Shown: one piece after another, positions 42,846 through 53,503 of the stretch
How the letters are laid out: every line of letters starts with the position of its first letter
Position numbering within the stretch: the stretch's first letter is position 1
Source of the DNA: a virus
DNA: 64,000 bases
Virus record (IMG/VR): IMGVR_UViG_3300030114_000522
Strand: one strand, 5' to 3'
The notes under the pieces: model-generated
Told to the model about the DNA's origin: nothing
What the model saw: the letters and a program-made list of their open reading frames with translations, nothing else
The model's database searches: none
Program-made: the position numbers and the translations under genes

Positions 42846-44378
42846 TTAATTACCACTATCATTATTTACTTGTTGCGTTATTTCAGATGTAGTTTGTCCA
42901 TTTTGTTCCATTTCATTTGCATTTGGACGACCACCTTTATTGGTTTTATCACTCATTGTGTGACTTGATTCTGCCGGTATGAACAATTTATCTATACCTA
43001 ATATGGATTCACTTTGTAATAAATTAATACCTTCCATAGGTGTAAATCCTGAATTAGCTAAATATAATAATCTACTTCCACCATAAGCCATATCACTTAA
43101 ACTTGAAGATTTTTTTTCATCTCTATCATAATAAGTGTTATCAAGAATAATACATTTCATTCTTATTTTGGTATTCAACAATCTCAATTCTTCATCTACA
43201 TAATAGTTAAAACTTTTCAATAACATATTTATAACATATGTTATGTTATTAATTAAAGATTTTTTAAGAGCTTCAGCTCCACCTTTTTCTGAATTAAATA
43301 ACATCTCTGACATTCCTGTCTCTGAATAAACTTGATATATACTATTTTTAACCATATTTTCTGTTCTTGCCGATGTAGTATCAAGATTTAATATACTTGC
43401 TTCAAAAGGATTAGTAATAGTAAAAATACCTTCATCAAGATTCTTTTGTATTAAATTTTTCTTGATTGCTTCATTGTAAGTTTTAGCAACTTTAGGGTCT
43501 ACCATTGTATCTTTATCTTTAGTTTCTATTTTGTTATGTATCATTTTTGTACTGTTAACTCTATCTATCTTTTCTTTTAATTCTTTCTTTTCTTCTAATG
43601 CAATTAAATCCTTAAATAGAAAAGCAAATGGAGGTGTACCATGTTTACCTTCTTTTACAACTGAAAAACATATTCCATTTTTTACAGGATAATATCTTTT
43701 CATTATAAATATAGGATTTGTTTCAGAGCCACCATCATTAAATATTGCAATTGCTTTTTGAATTTCAATAGGATATGTAGTAATATCTAGCATAGTATTT
43801 AATTTTAAACAATCAATTACAAATCTCCATACTCCATTTTCATTTTTATAAGGCAAACAATATTCATTATCTATTTTTTGATATATTATTCCTGTAGTAT
43901 CTTCTATTTTATAGTAATAACATTCCCCATCTATTAATAAATCTTCAGCGAATATAGGTAAGTTTGCTTTTAAATTCATTTTTTCTAGATATATACTTGC
44001 GGTATCATAGCATTCTTTTAACTTCTTTTTATATTTTATTAAAGCACTATTTTCTGCATAAGGTATTAACATATGGTCATAAGTCAACATATTTGCTAAT
44101 GTTTTAATTGTCCTATAGTAAATACCTTCTGTTGCCATAAATAATCTTGAATAGTTTTGAAGTTGTTTAAAATTAACATAGGGAGACCTCAATAAACGTG
44201 CTATTTCATGTTTATCTAATCTTCCATATGTTACACCTCTTTGTGCTATGTTAGGGTCAAACCTTGTACCTATAAATGATTCTTGTGCAAAATCCATCCA
44301 TTGTCTTTGATTTTCTTCTGCTAATTGTTGCTTATTTTGTTGGTAAGCAGTTGGTTGTTTTGGTTTTGTTGTTGGCAT
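42846..44378 (-). CDS. portal protein (YonE-like)
   Basis: follows TerL; G.YYR, DG..Y.Y, YC, P...SHT......GGRP C-terminus. Confidence 0.85.
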   Translation of the reverse strand: MPTTKPKQPTAYQQNKQQLAEENQRQWMDFAQESFIGTRFDPNIAQRGVTYGRLDKHEIARLLRSPYVNFKQLQNYSRLFMATEGIYYRTIKTLANMLTYDHMLIPYAENSALIKYKKKLKECYDTASIYLEKMNLKANLPIFAEDLLIDGECYYYKIEDTTGIIYQKIDNEYCLPYKNENGVWRFVIDCLKLNTMLDITTYPIEIQKAIAIFNDGGSETNPIFIMKRYYPVKNGICFSVVKEGKHGTPPFAFLFKDLIALEEKKELKEKIDRVNSTKMIHNKIETKDKDTMVDPKVAKTYNEAIKKNLIQKNLDEGIFTITNPFEASILNLDTTSARTENMVKNSIYQVYSETGMSEMLFNSEKGGAEALKKSLINNITYVINMLLKSFNYYVDEELRLLNTKIRMKCIILDNTYYDRDEKKSSSLSDMAYGGSRLLYLANSGFTPMEGINLLQSESILGIDKLFIPAESSHTMSDKTNKGGRPNANEMEQNGQTTSEITQQVNNDSGN

Positions 44379-44425
44379 TATTGGTTGTCACCTCCTTTAT
44401 TATTATTTTAATATGTTTTATTCTT

Positions 44426-46141
44426 TTAAAAGAAGCAATAGTCTAACATTGAAGAATCCTTATCTTTTTTTGTTTTATTTTCATAAGTCATTATATAATA
44501 CATCATATAACTACATGCACTATATCTATCTTTGTCTAAAGATTTTGAATTTCTTTCTACTGTTAGTTTTCCTCCATTCATTGTTTTTAATTGCAAATTA
44601 GCTACTTCTTCTATAAAAAACTCTGTTTGAATTGAACCCAACAGTCCATTACTCATAAAATCAGTATCTGAAGAATAATCTAATTTACTTTGGTCTACTT
44701 TATCTAATAATTGCAATGTTTTACCTTCTACCATATTAATGAAATTAACTATAATATCACTATTTATACCCTGTGCATTTACAACGAATAAACATTTTTC
44801 AGTTTCAGCTTCGTCGCTTTCATGTTCTGTATTTATAGTATCATATGCAATTAATTCGTCTCCTGTTATTGGGTCTATATGTAATTTTAATAATTCATCA
44901 ACTAGTCCAACCCCTAAACCATTCCCATCTAAAATTACTTTTTTTGCCTTAAATGTATTTCTTAGTTTTTTAATTATTATTGCTTGTCCTGTAAAATTCA
45001 TTCCATTAGGTAAGTTTATTAAGTTTACTAATTGTATATGTTTTACCCTATCATTTTTATCTCTTTTGACTTTTCCTATAGATATGGATGTTTGATTGTT
45101 TGAGGTTTTTGTTGAACGTGCTACATCTACTCCAATGTAATACTCAGACTTTCCATCACTTTTGAGTTCAGATTTTGGCAAAACTCTTAGTTCTATTAAT
45201 TTATCTATATCCACTAAACAATTATCTGTTGACCCAACCCAACGACTTTCGTAATTAGTTGCAAAGAAAATAGGAGATAGCTTTTCTTTTTTTGATAATA
45301 TTTGTGATTTTGTTTCACCCCTGCCATATTCACATGCTAATTGCCAATCAGCACCTAAAACCATAATCCCTTTTAGTTCCGCCATTTCATCAAACATTTG
45401 TAAACTTCTTTCATACTCTGTATTTTTGAAATATGCAGTTGTTAAAAAATGAATTTGTCCACTTAATTCATCTGGATTAATTAACGATTCTTTTCCAATT
45501 GTTCTTCTAGGAACATTTGGTATAGGTTCTAAGGCATCTTGGAATACTAAATCATTGATTAACGAACTTTCTTCCATATTTAATCTGTGCCTTCTAAGCC
45601 CTTTACTTGCTTGATTGTTGGCTAAATTATCTATTTTTGAACCACTCGTAAATATTATTTCAGCAGAATCCTTTGAAAAATTTTCCTTAACTATATCACA
45701 AGCTATTAATGGATAATACTTCTTAATTTCTAAGTGTTTCTCTTTTATTAATCTTGCACTAGCTTCTCTAGTTTGTGCAGACATACTCAAATTACTATCT
45801 GGGAATAATATAGCTACAACATATAGTCCTAACATTTCAACAAATGTTTTTCCATATCCCCGAGGAAAAACACCATATACCCTAAGAAATCTTCCTAGAC
45901 TTCTTAGAAAAACTCTTTGGTCTAAATCTAGTCTAATACTATTTGATTCAGGAGTTATTAAATCTAGAAATAAATCCATATTCCATCTAGCCCAAGATAT
46001 GAAATCAACCCATTTATCTAAATTTTGAGTAAACTTATCATCTTCTCGTTTAGTTTTATTATATACAGGTGAATTAAAATTAGGATTACTTATATCACTT
46101 CTATCATTAGTATGCATGTCATTTACTCTAAAATTGTTCAT
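44426..46141 (-). CDS. terL: terminase large subunit
   Basis: PRGYGKT Walker A, GLRRH...MEE Walker B, YYIGVDVAR, DGNGLG, KDRYSA. Confidence 0.95.
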   Translation of the reverse strand: MNNFRVNDMHTNDRSDISNPNFNSPVYNKTKREDDKFTQNLDKWVDFISWARWNMDLFLDLITPESNSIRLDLDQRVFLRSLGRFLRVYGVFPRGYGKTFVEMLGLYVVAILFPDSNLSMSAQTREASARLIKEKHLEIKKYYPLIACDIVKENFSKDSAEIIFTSGSKIDNLANNQASKGLRRHRLNMEESSLINDLVFQDALEPIPNVPRRTIGKESLINPDELSGQIHFLTTAYFKNTEYERSLQMFDEMAELKGIMVLGADWQLACEYGRGETKSQILSKKEKLSPIFFATNYESRWVGSTDNCLVDIDKLIELRVLPKSELKSDGKSEYYIGVDVARSTKTSNNQTSISIGKVKRDKNDRVKHIQLVNLINLPNGMNFTGQAIIIKKLRNTFKAKKVILDGNGLGVGLVDELLKLHIDPITGDELIAYDTINTEHESDEAETEKCLFVVNAQGINSDIIVNFINMVEGKTLQLLDKVDQSKLDYSSDTDFMSNGLLGSIQTEFFIEEVANLQLKTMNGGKLTVERNSKSLDKDRYSACSYMMYYIMTYENKTKKDKDSSMLDYCFF

Positions 46142-47091
46142 ATTTGTTCGTCCTCAAATTCAAATTCTCTATTATCTTCTTTTTTATATTCGTCTCTACG
46201 TTCTTCATAAAATGCCCAGATATCTTTATATTCAACATCTGGTAGATTCTTTAATCTTCTTATATAATTTATATAACACCATAGAGTAAAATCCACTTTA
46301 TCTTGAGGTTTTTCAATGAATTTAGGTAATATTGAAATCATATCTACGGCTTGTTCAACTGCTCTTGAAAGTTCCCCAAAACCATTTAAACCACCACTTA
46401 AATCAGCCTTACTTAGTTGCGATGGGTTTATTTTTGCACGCTCAGACGCTTTATCTGCAAGTTGTCCCCATTTTTGAGCTTCACTTACATCTCCTTTTGC
46501 AGTTGCTAATTCTTCTTTAACTCTATATCTAATATAAGTAAGCAATGCTTCTGTATGCATGGCAGTTTTTTGAGGATAATTTTCTTTCAATAAATCATAT
46601 TTTCTTTCAAATGAATATAATTCTTCATCATTATAGCCAAAACCCCATTTATCTATGAGTCTTCTTCTTTCACTATCATTCAATAAAGCTTCTTCCATTA
46701 TTATTCCGTTATGTATATTTGTATTAGAATTAGGTGTAAATAAACTATCTTTATATTTTAATTCTCTATTTTGTGTCATCCCTAAATCTTTAAAATAAAA
46801 TCCAATTGCAGATTCTATTTTGGGATATTTTTCTAAGTTATCTGATAATGTTTGATATAAAAATGGTCTATCTACCTTTGATAGCATGCTTTTGAATTTA
46901 TCAATATTTAAAGTTCTATTATCATTTAAACTCATATTTATACAACATTGCTTACAATAGGGTAAAGTTCCAGATTTAGTTGTGCCATAGCTTTTATAGA
47001 ATTCACTAGGTTTTTTATCATGGTCACAACCTGTACAATATATAAGTTCTCTACTTGTCATATCAGTATTACCTTTTGGTTTATTTGCCAT
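46138..47091 (-). CDS. terminase small subunit-like (YonG-like); likely start 47091
   Basis: CTGC...FYKS...PYCKQC, KWGFGY; overlaps the terL start. Confidence 0.7.
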   Translation of the reverse strand: MANKPKGNTDMTSRELIYCTGCDHDKKPSEFYKSYGTTKSGTLPYCKQCCINMSLNDNRTLNIDKFKSMLSKVDRPFLYQTLSDNLEKYPKIESAIGFYFKDLGMTQNRELKYKDSLFTPNSNTNIHNGIIMEEALLNDSERRRLIDKWGFGYNDEELYSFERKYDLLKENYPQKTAMHTEALLTYIRYRVKEELATAKGDVSEAQKWGQLADKASERAKINPSQLSKADLSGGLNGFGELSRAVEQAVDMISILPKFIEKPQDKVDFTLWCYINYIRRLKNLPDVEYKDIWAFYEERRDEYKKEDNREFEFEDEQI

Positions 47092-47152
47092 GATAATACA
47101 CCTCCTTTTAATTTTGCATAATAAAAAAGCCACTAAATTTAATTAGCGACTT

Positions 47153-47995
47153 CTAAATCTTTTTGTTTATATAATCTTTATAGTACATCCATTTTAAAAG
47201 TATTCCGTCCTCTAATTTCCCACACGTTCCTCTTATCCCTTTACAACATTTTGTAATACAACTTCCATCGCAATTATAAAATATCGCACCATCTCGCACA
47301 GTATCAAATTCTTTTCCAGTTGTAATACATATTACTTTTTTAGCATAAGGATTATCTTTTCCTACCCTACCTTCACTTATTTTTTTCTTAGTTTCTTGTG
47401 ATATTATCTTTCCCTTTTGAGAATCACTCATTTTCTTTTTTGTTTCTTCTGAATAATGAGTCCCAAACAAAGGGTTTAAAGTTTTATTTAATCCCTTATT
47501 CCAAGATTCATACCCTTTTTTACTCCAATGATTTTCTTTCATTCTTAATCTAGTTTCTTCTGAATGAATCTTTCCGTAATTAGGATTTCCTTCTCCTTTA
47601 TTATTTATACTCATTCTTATTTTAGTCTCAATACTAGGACTCCCAGTTCCTCCACCTTCATTCATATTATATCCATTATTAATCGAATCATGGATACTAA
47701 TCCAACATTTTTCTTTAATATCTAATTCTTCTTGCGAAAATGCCATGTCTAGTATTTTAGTAGTAATAAAGTTGGCATATCCTTGTTTAGTCATAGCACT
47801 AAGTAAGTGTCTATTATAATAATACCCTTGTTCTTTATGACTTTTATAATAATTATAAACTCTTTCTGAATCTATGCCACCATAATCATAACGCTTATTA
47901 AATTCCTGTATTGTTTGTCCAATATAAATTTTATTATTTAATATATTTTCAATTTTATATATAATTCCATATACTTCTAAATTCCCTATTAACAT
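47153..47995 (-). CDS. GIY-YIG homing endonuclease with NUMOD3/NUMOD1-like repeats
   Basis: GIIYKIEN...IYIGQT, E..WI, GYN...GG, HSEET repeats, KKVICITTG. Confidence 0.9.
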   Translation of the reverse strand: MLIGNLEVYGIIYKIENILNNKIYIGQTIQEFNKRYDYGGIDSERVYNYYKSHKEQGYYYNRHLLSAMTKQGYANFITTKILDMAFSQEELDIKEKCWISIHDSINNGYNMNEGGGTGSPSIETKIRMSINNKGEGNPNYGKIHSEETRLRMKENHWSKKGYESWNKGLNKTLNPLFGTHYSEETKKKMSDSQKGKIISQETKKKISEGRVGKDNPYAKKVICITTGKEFDTVRDGAIFYNCDGSCITKCCKGIRGTCGKLEDGILLKWMYYKDYINKKI

Positions 47996-48070
47996 ATATA
48001 ATTCCTCCTAAAGAATTTAATTTATTTAAAATGAGAAACGTAGCTAGGATACTACGCTTTTGACCCGTCA

Positions 48071-48272
48071 CTGAATACTCGTCACAACCTAAAGGTTGGA
48101 CGGTTCTTAATTACTAATAAATTTCTTTTATACTCTCATTTATAACAATAGTATCTTTTATAAATTACAACATATAAACACTAATTATATTCATTAAGAC
48201 TTTTACTAACAAAGCAACCATTGTCACTATTAGCGTTAGCATATGGCTCGATTCTAAACCATTTTATTATTT
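48071..48272 (-). ncRNA. putative TnpB omega/reRNA scaffold
   Basis: ~200-nt non-coding segment between the tnpB stop and the IS right end, where such RNAs are encoded. Confidence 0.55.
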
Positions 48273-49712
48273 TTATATTCCCATGCTTGATATTATCTTA
48301 CTATCACTATTTTGTATTCTAATTATTTCTTTATCATGTAATAATTTAAAATTGTCAAAGGTTTCAAAACATTTATCTCTATCAATCTCTTTTAAATTAT
48401 CTTTAACATTCATTATTAAAAAACTACTATATAAATCTCTTTGTATTTTATAATTTTCAAATTTATTCCATCTTTCACTCAAAGATTTTTTATTACATTC
48501 TCCTGTAAAGTGGTTATATTGACTCGCCTTAATTTTATAAGTATCAATTTTATATAATTTTTCATTATTCCATTTTAACTTATTGTTTAACATAGTCAAA
48601 AACATGCTCGGTGCTTTATTTGCCAAAGACTTACCGAATCTTTTTTTCTTATTGAATTTACCATCTTTATTTTTAGTAGTCTTTTTACTTCTACTTTGTA
48701 ACCCCTTATAATTCATAGTTTCAACATAGAATTTATCCCCTAGCATTAATAATTCACCTATCATTTTATAATGTTCTTGTTTTCTTATTTCAACTTGTTT
48801 TCTATATAGTTCTTTTCTTTCCGATTTAAGCTTTATATAATTATTACTAAATGTCCACTTATCTTTATTTCCTATTTTAATAGTTCCATTCTCATTAAAT
48901 TTATTAGGATTCATAGCACGTTTACTTCTATCCATTTTTCTTTGTAATAACTTTATTTCTCTATCAATATTATTAATACTAGGTGCTAATTCTAATAATT
49001 TAACATCATATTTACTTGATATTGCAATTGTTCTAGTTCCTATGTCAATTCCGACAGAACCTAAACCAATTTGCCCCTTTAATTCACCATCTTTAGTTAC
49101 TTTAATAGGTGGAATACCTTCTAATACCAATTGAATATAGAATTTAATTTTACCTTTTATTTCTTTTCTAACTATTCTACAATATTTAACTCTATCTTGA
49201 ATAGCTTTTTGTGCATATACATCACTGTTCTTAATTATAACTGGCATATTTAATTTATTCCATTGAATTATTCCATCTCTATATTTAATGCCTTGTGCAT
49301 TAGTTTTCCCTTCAACTGAATTTAATTCATTATATTTAATATAATTGATTTTATCTGCTTGATGAAACATTAACTTTTGGAAAGCATTAAATGACCTACT
49401 AGCCATTGCTTGGGCGGTTTTACTATCAATATTATAATAATTATACATAGGAACTACAAAGTGATGAAGTGAATATTCTGTCAAACCATATTTATTATTT
49501 AATTCATTAAATATTTTATTTCTATCTTTGTCTTTTGATTTACAATTCTTTCTATATTCTTTAGATTCTCTCATATGATTATATCTTTTAAACAATTCAG
49601 TTATACAAGAATTATAAATCTTCCTACATTTTTCAAATCTTTTATTTAATTCTGCTTCTTGATATTTTTCTGTATTTAATTGTAATGTTAATATGTAAGT
49701 TGATGTTGACAT
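48273..49712 (-). CDS. tnpB: TnpB-like RNA-guided endonuclease
   Basis: RuvC motifs GIDIG, VETM, QRDLYS; RKIYN N-terminal motif; Zn-finger cysteines largely lost (KASQYNH). Confidence 0.9.
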   Translation of the reverse strand: MSTSTYILTLQLNTEKYQEAELNKRFEKCRKIYNSCITELFKRYNHMRESKEYRKNCKSKDKDRNKIFNELNNKYGLTEYSLHHFVVPMYNYYNIDSKTAQAMASRSFNAFQKLMFHQADKINYIKYNELNSVEGKTNAQGIKYRDGIIQWNKLNMPVIIKNSDVYAQKAIQDRVKYCRIVRKEIKGKIKFYIQLVLEGIPPIKVTKDGELKGQIGLGSVGIDIGTRTIAISSKYDVKLLELAPSINNIDREIKLLQRKMDRSKRAMNPNKFNENGTIKIGNKDKWTFSNNYIKLKSERKELYRKQVEIRKQEHYKMIGELLMLGDKFYVETMNYKGLQSRSKKTTKNKDGKFNKKKRFGKSLANKAPSMFLTMLNNKLKWNNEKLYKIDTYKIKASQYNHFTGECNKKSLSERWNKFENYKIQRDLYSSFLIMNVKDNLKEIDRDKCFETFDNFKLLHDKEIIRIQNSDSKIISSMGI

Positions 49713-50009
49713 TATATCACTCCCTTCCTAATTAATATATTACTACTTTAATTTATCATTATCAAGTTTTTCTAATTGATAATTATTTCCCTCCACCACA
49801 CGCTAAAGCATGGGTGTTAGTTGTTTAACGATAGGTTTGTAATATCTATCTCATAATTATATATTAACATATTTAAATGAAAATATCAACTATTATTTTA
49901 ATACATTATCTATTTATTTTTAGCAATTTACCACTAAGATAAATTTCATTAAAATAAATAATAAAATAGACTAGGTATATTCCAACCTAGTCACATTAAT
50001 ATAAAATTA

Positions 50010-50261
50010 TTATTTACTAGTTTTTACTTTATCATCAGTTTTAGATTCAACAACTTCTTTAGTTTCACTAACTGTAGTATACTTTCCAGCTTGCAAATCC
50101 TTAATTAATTGTTCAATCATATCTTTTACCACTTTAATATCACTGGCTTTAGCATAATCCTTTAGGTCTGCTGAATTTCCACCTGTTCCTAGTCCTTCTA
50201 AAACTTCAGTAAGTGTTCTTCCATCTTTTAAATTTATATTATCTGTACCAAATTGTGCCAT
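50010..50261 (-). CDS. hypothetical protein
   Basis: 83 aa; GAGG RBS. Confidence 0.6.
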   Translation of the reverse strand: MAQFGTDNINLKDGRTLTEVLEGLGTGGNSADLKDYAKASDIKVVKDMIEQLIKDLQAGKYTTVSETKEVVESKTDDKVKTSK

Positions 50262-50293
50262 AATTATTATTCCTCATTTCTTTCTTTAATTAA

Positions 50294-51097
50294 TTATAAT
50301 GTTTCTATAATTTCACCTTCAAAATTATTTACCTTTAATCTTAGTTTTTCTAATTCAAATTTAATAGCATCTTTAATTACAACTCTAAAACATTCACACA
50401 TTGCTTGTGCATATAATTCTACTGTATTCAAAATAGAACTTAATTGACTAGTTAGAATAGAATTAATATCAACAGTAAATGTAACTGTCAAAGTTTCGTC
50501 TATCATAACTACTTTATTGTTTAGAACAAATTCTACTTGAACTCCTGTATATATAGTTGTATTGGTAGAAATTACACTTCCTATACCATATACTGAATTA
50601 ATAGCAGATACTAAAATACTTGAATCGGTGGTTAAAACTTTAGTTCCTACTACTTTCCCACCTACTACACTAATATCACTAGCACTATATAATGCTAAAA
50701 TACTTGTATCTGCTTTAATATCATTTAATATTGCAGTTGAAATTTCGCTAGCAGTCGCTATTCCATTAGTAATATCGGCTATAGTGATAGCTATTACTTT
50801 AGTTCCAATTGTCACATTAGCAGTTCCAGCATTTACTGGACTAGCAATAACACTAGTAGGTAAAATTATGGATAATGTATTAGTATAGTTTATAATTCCC
50901 TTATCCTCAACAACATCACCTGCCACTATCTTCATATATCTTTTAAATTCTAGGTCTTTGTATTCAATTTTAGGAGAATAGTCTTTGACATAAGTTTTTT
51001 CCATCTCGGGAGTTAATAATGGTGTTCCATATTGGTTAAACATAACAATACTTGTTAAAACATTATTATCAATTTTTTTATCGTATGCTAATTTCAT
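50294..51097 (-). CDS. hypothetical phage protein with A/T/V/I/S-rich internal segment
   Basis: AGGAGG RBS; compositionally distinct middle ~110 aa. Confidence 0.65.
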   Translation of the reverse strand: MKLAYDKKIDNNVLTSIVMFNQYGTPLLTPEMEKTYVKDYSPKIEYKDLEFKRYMKIVAGDVVEDKGIINYTNTLSIILPTSVIASPVNAGTANVTIGTKVIAITIADITNGIATASEISTAILNDIKADTSILALYSASDISVVGGKVVGTKVLTTDSSILVSAINSVYGIGSVISTNTTIYTGVQVEFVLNNKVVMIDETLTVTFTVDINSILTSQLSSILNTVELYAQAMCECFRVVIKDAIKFELEKLRLKVNNFEGEIIETL

Positions 51098-51170
51098 TTT
51101 ATTAAATTCCTCCTTAATCTATAATTTTATATATAAGTATTTTAACTAATATATCTATTTATTTTATTTC

Positions 51171-51455
51171 CTAATTATTTACTATTTGTACATTCATTTC
51201 TGTTATAATTCTTTGTAATGCCATTAAACTATTTATATCCATATACGTTGATGACCCTTTATCTTTTTCTAATAATGAATCTTTAACTGTTAATTTTACG
51301 ATATTTTCAGAAGTTAATTGAAGAATTAATACCTTTTGTAATTCCATCTTAATAACACCACCACTTGATAATGTTTGCGTTTTATCAGAAGTATATAATT
51401 TTATAACATCTCCAACCTCCATGCTTGCTACATTAATAGTTTCTAAACTATTCAT
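51171..51455 (-). CDS. hypothetical protein
   Basis: AGGTGG RBS; 94 aa. Confidence 0.6.
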   Translation of the reverse strand: MNSLETINVASMEVGDVIKLYTSDKTQTLSSGGVIKMELQKVLILQLTSENIVKLTVKDSLLEKDKGSSTYMDINSLMALQRIITEMNVQIVNN

Positions 51456-51482
51456 CTATAATTCACCACCTTTATAGTATAT

Positions 51483-52415
51483 TTATTTTGAAAAATCTAT
51501 ATTTTTAAATTTATATATATTTTCACTATGATGAAACGTCCCTACAATATAAGAAACATGTTTTGTTTTATCTTTATTATCAAAATCTCTTTCTTTATAA
51601 ATATATACACAAGTTCTGTTTCCATATCTAATAAAATCTTCACTCTTGATATATTTTGGTATACCATTTATTTTTAACAATTCACATAATTCATCAAATT
51701 CTTGTTGTGTCTCGCAATTAATATAAGCTCTATTTTCAATAAGTTCATTTATATTAAATACCCATTTTTTATTAAATTTTGGAATATCGAATTTTTCTAT
51801 ATCAGTTTTATATTTTAAGAGTATTTCTGTTACAAAATCTGATAATGCTTGTTCTGATTTTTCTTTTATTGTTCCATGTATTATTACACTTTCTATATTT
51901 TCGTAATTAAATTCACAATAATTATTTGAAGACGGAGTAGGTGTAATATTTAATTTATAATATCCACAAGATTTATCCAATTCAACTTGGAAGAATAATT
52001 CTCTGAGTTGTTCTAAATTGTTTAAAACAACATTATTAAATTCATTTATTTTTTCTTGGTTCTCTTCTCTTTTCTTATTAGTAATTCCTTTAAAATCTAT
52101 AGTATTATTATTTTTCTTTAATGATGAATTGTTAACCATTGTTTCAATAAATTCTTCTTTATATCTCTTAAATCCATTATTAAAATCATCTACTGTTTTT
52201 ACTCTATTCGTTGTAATATTATCCATTGGAGTAACTATAGTTATTTCTACAGTTTCATCCCCACAATGTTCAACACGTGTTATGGCTAAATTATCAACAT
52301 CCTTTAATTTACACATTTTCCCAAAAACTTCTCTTTTCCAATATAATTTTACATACCCTAGTTGTGTACTATTCATTATTATCATCCTTTCTTTACTGCC
52401 CTTGCAGTCACCCAT
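51483..52415 (-). CDS. hypothetical protein
   Basis: 310-aa ORF; start may be downstream. Confidence 0.6.
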   Translation of the reverse strand: MGDCKGSKERMIIMNSTQLGYVKLYWKREVFGKMCKLKDVDNLAITRVEHCGDETVEITIVTPMDNITTNRVKTVDDFNNGFKRYKEEFIETMVNNSSLKKNNNTIDFKGITNKKREENQEKINEFNNVVLNNLEQLRELFFQVELDKSCGYYKLNITPTPSSNNYCEFNYENIESVIIHGTIKEKSEQALSDFVTEILLKYKTDIEKFDIPKFNKKWVFNINELIENRAYINCETQQEFDELCELLKINGIPKYIKSEDFIRYGNRTCVYIYKERDFDNKDKTKHVSYIVGTFHHSENIYKFKNIDFSK

Positions 52416-52534
52416 AATATAATTTTTATATATCTACATTTATAATAGATATAATTAAAACTATAGAAAAAGACTGTATATATTTCACTACAGTCTTAAT
52501 AAAATATGACTTTTATTCTATTTTAATTTGTTAC

Positions 52535-53125
52535 TTAATTTAATTCGTCTATATCTGCTTTTCCGTAAAAGTAAACTTTTCTGATGGCATCTTTAACTGT
52601 ACAATGTAAACAAAAATCGTCACTATCTTGATTATTAGCCACATTCTGAATTAAATCTTCTACAAGGACTTCAAAGAAATAATCTAATTCTTCATCTTCC
52701 TCATCATCACAATCTTGTTCATTTTCAAATAAACTAACAACGTCACAATCAATATATTGTTTAATTTCTTCCTTACTTATAACCCCATCTTCTACGAATA
52801 CAATATCAGTTTCGCCTTTTGAAATATATTTTAAATGTTCGTATCCATAAGCAGATTCTAAAACATAAGTATATTTACCTTCACGTTTATATTTAGAAAT
52901 CATTAAAACATCTTCATTATATAATTTTTCAAAAGCTTTAAAACTAAATTCATCTTCTTCATTAAATTTATATCCTAGTCCTTCTATTTCTGTAACTAAA
53001 TCTAATGCCATATCATTTGAAAGTATGAATGTTATATTATCAAACTTATCTAATATTGTTAATAATGCTTCAATGCAGTCCTCATATATTTTTTCTGTAT
53101 CTACTTCATTTTCTCTATAACTCAT
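52535..53125 (-). CDS. acidic hypothetical protein
   Basis: very D/E-rich with a CLHC motif; AAGGAG RBS. Confidence 0.65.
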   Translation of the reverse strand: MSYRENEVDTEKIYEDCIEALLTILDKFDNITFILSNDMALDLVTEIEGLGYKFNEEDEFSFKAFEKLYNEDVLMISKYKREGKYTYVLESAYGYEHLKYISKGETDIVFVEDGVISKEEIKQYIDCDVVSLFENEQDCDDEEDEELDYFFEVLVEDLIQNVANNQDSDDFCLHCTVKDAIRKVYFYGKADIDELN

Positions 53126-53145
53126 ATTTATTTCTCCTTCTTATT

Positions 53146-53494
53146 TCATACTTGATTTTGTTCTTGGGATATTTGAGTTTGAATGGTTTGTTCTTTTGTA
53201 GTCATAATATTACTTTTACCAGTATTTTCATTAAGTATATTGAAATGCGTCTACATTAGCAACTCCTACAGAAATTAACCCTATAAATTGTCCACAAACA
53301 TAACTTATGTCTCTTAAACCTTTTTCGAACTCATCTTCATTTAATTTAAAACAATCTAAATCATCTACATTTATTTTAATTTTGGGAGTTATTTCCTCTA
53401 TTATATCTAAGACTTCATCTTTAGTATAATATTCTTGTTCTTCTGATTCATTTTCTTCAACTTGATTTAATTCTTTATCTTCCATGAATATCAC
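53146..53494 (-). pseudogene. hypothetical protein with apparent frameshift near 53236
   Basis: frame stops at DAFQYT; a shifted frame continues ILNENTGKSN...QEQNQV to TGA 53146, just before the next RBS. Confidence 0.55.
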
Positions 53495-53503
53495 CTATAT
53501 CCC

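Larger units (their letters stand above)
48071..49824 (-). mobile_element. non-autonomous IS200/IS605-family (IS1341-type, tnpB only) element; ends uncertain by 1-2 nt
   Basis: left-end hairpin CAACTAACACCCATGCTTTAGCGTGTGGTG after TTAA; right-end hairpin CCAACCTTTAGGTTG ending GTATTCAG; no tnpA. Confidence 0.8.

Noticed and set aside
48071-49824. IStron (group I intron fused to an IS)
   Set aside because: No P7 GACUA/UAGUC core near the left end and the element is intergenic
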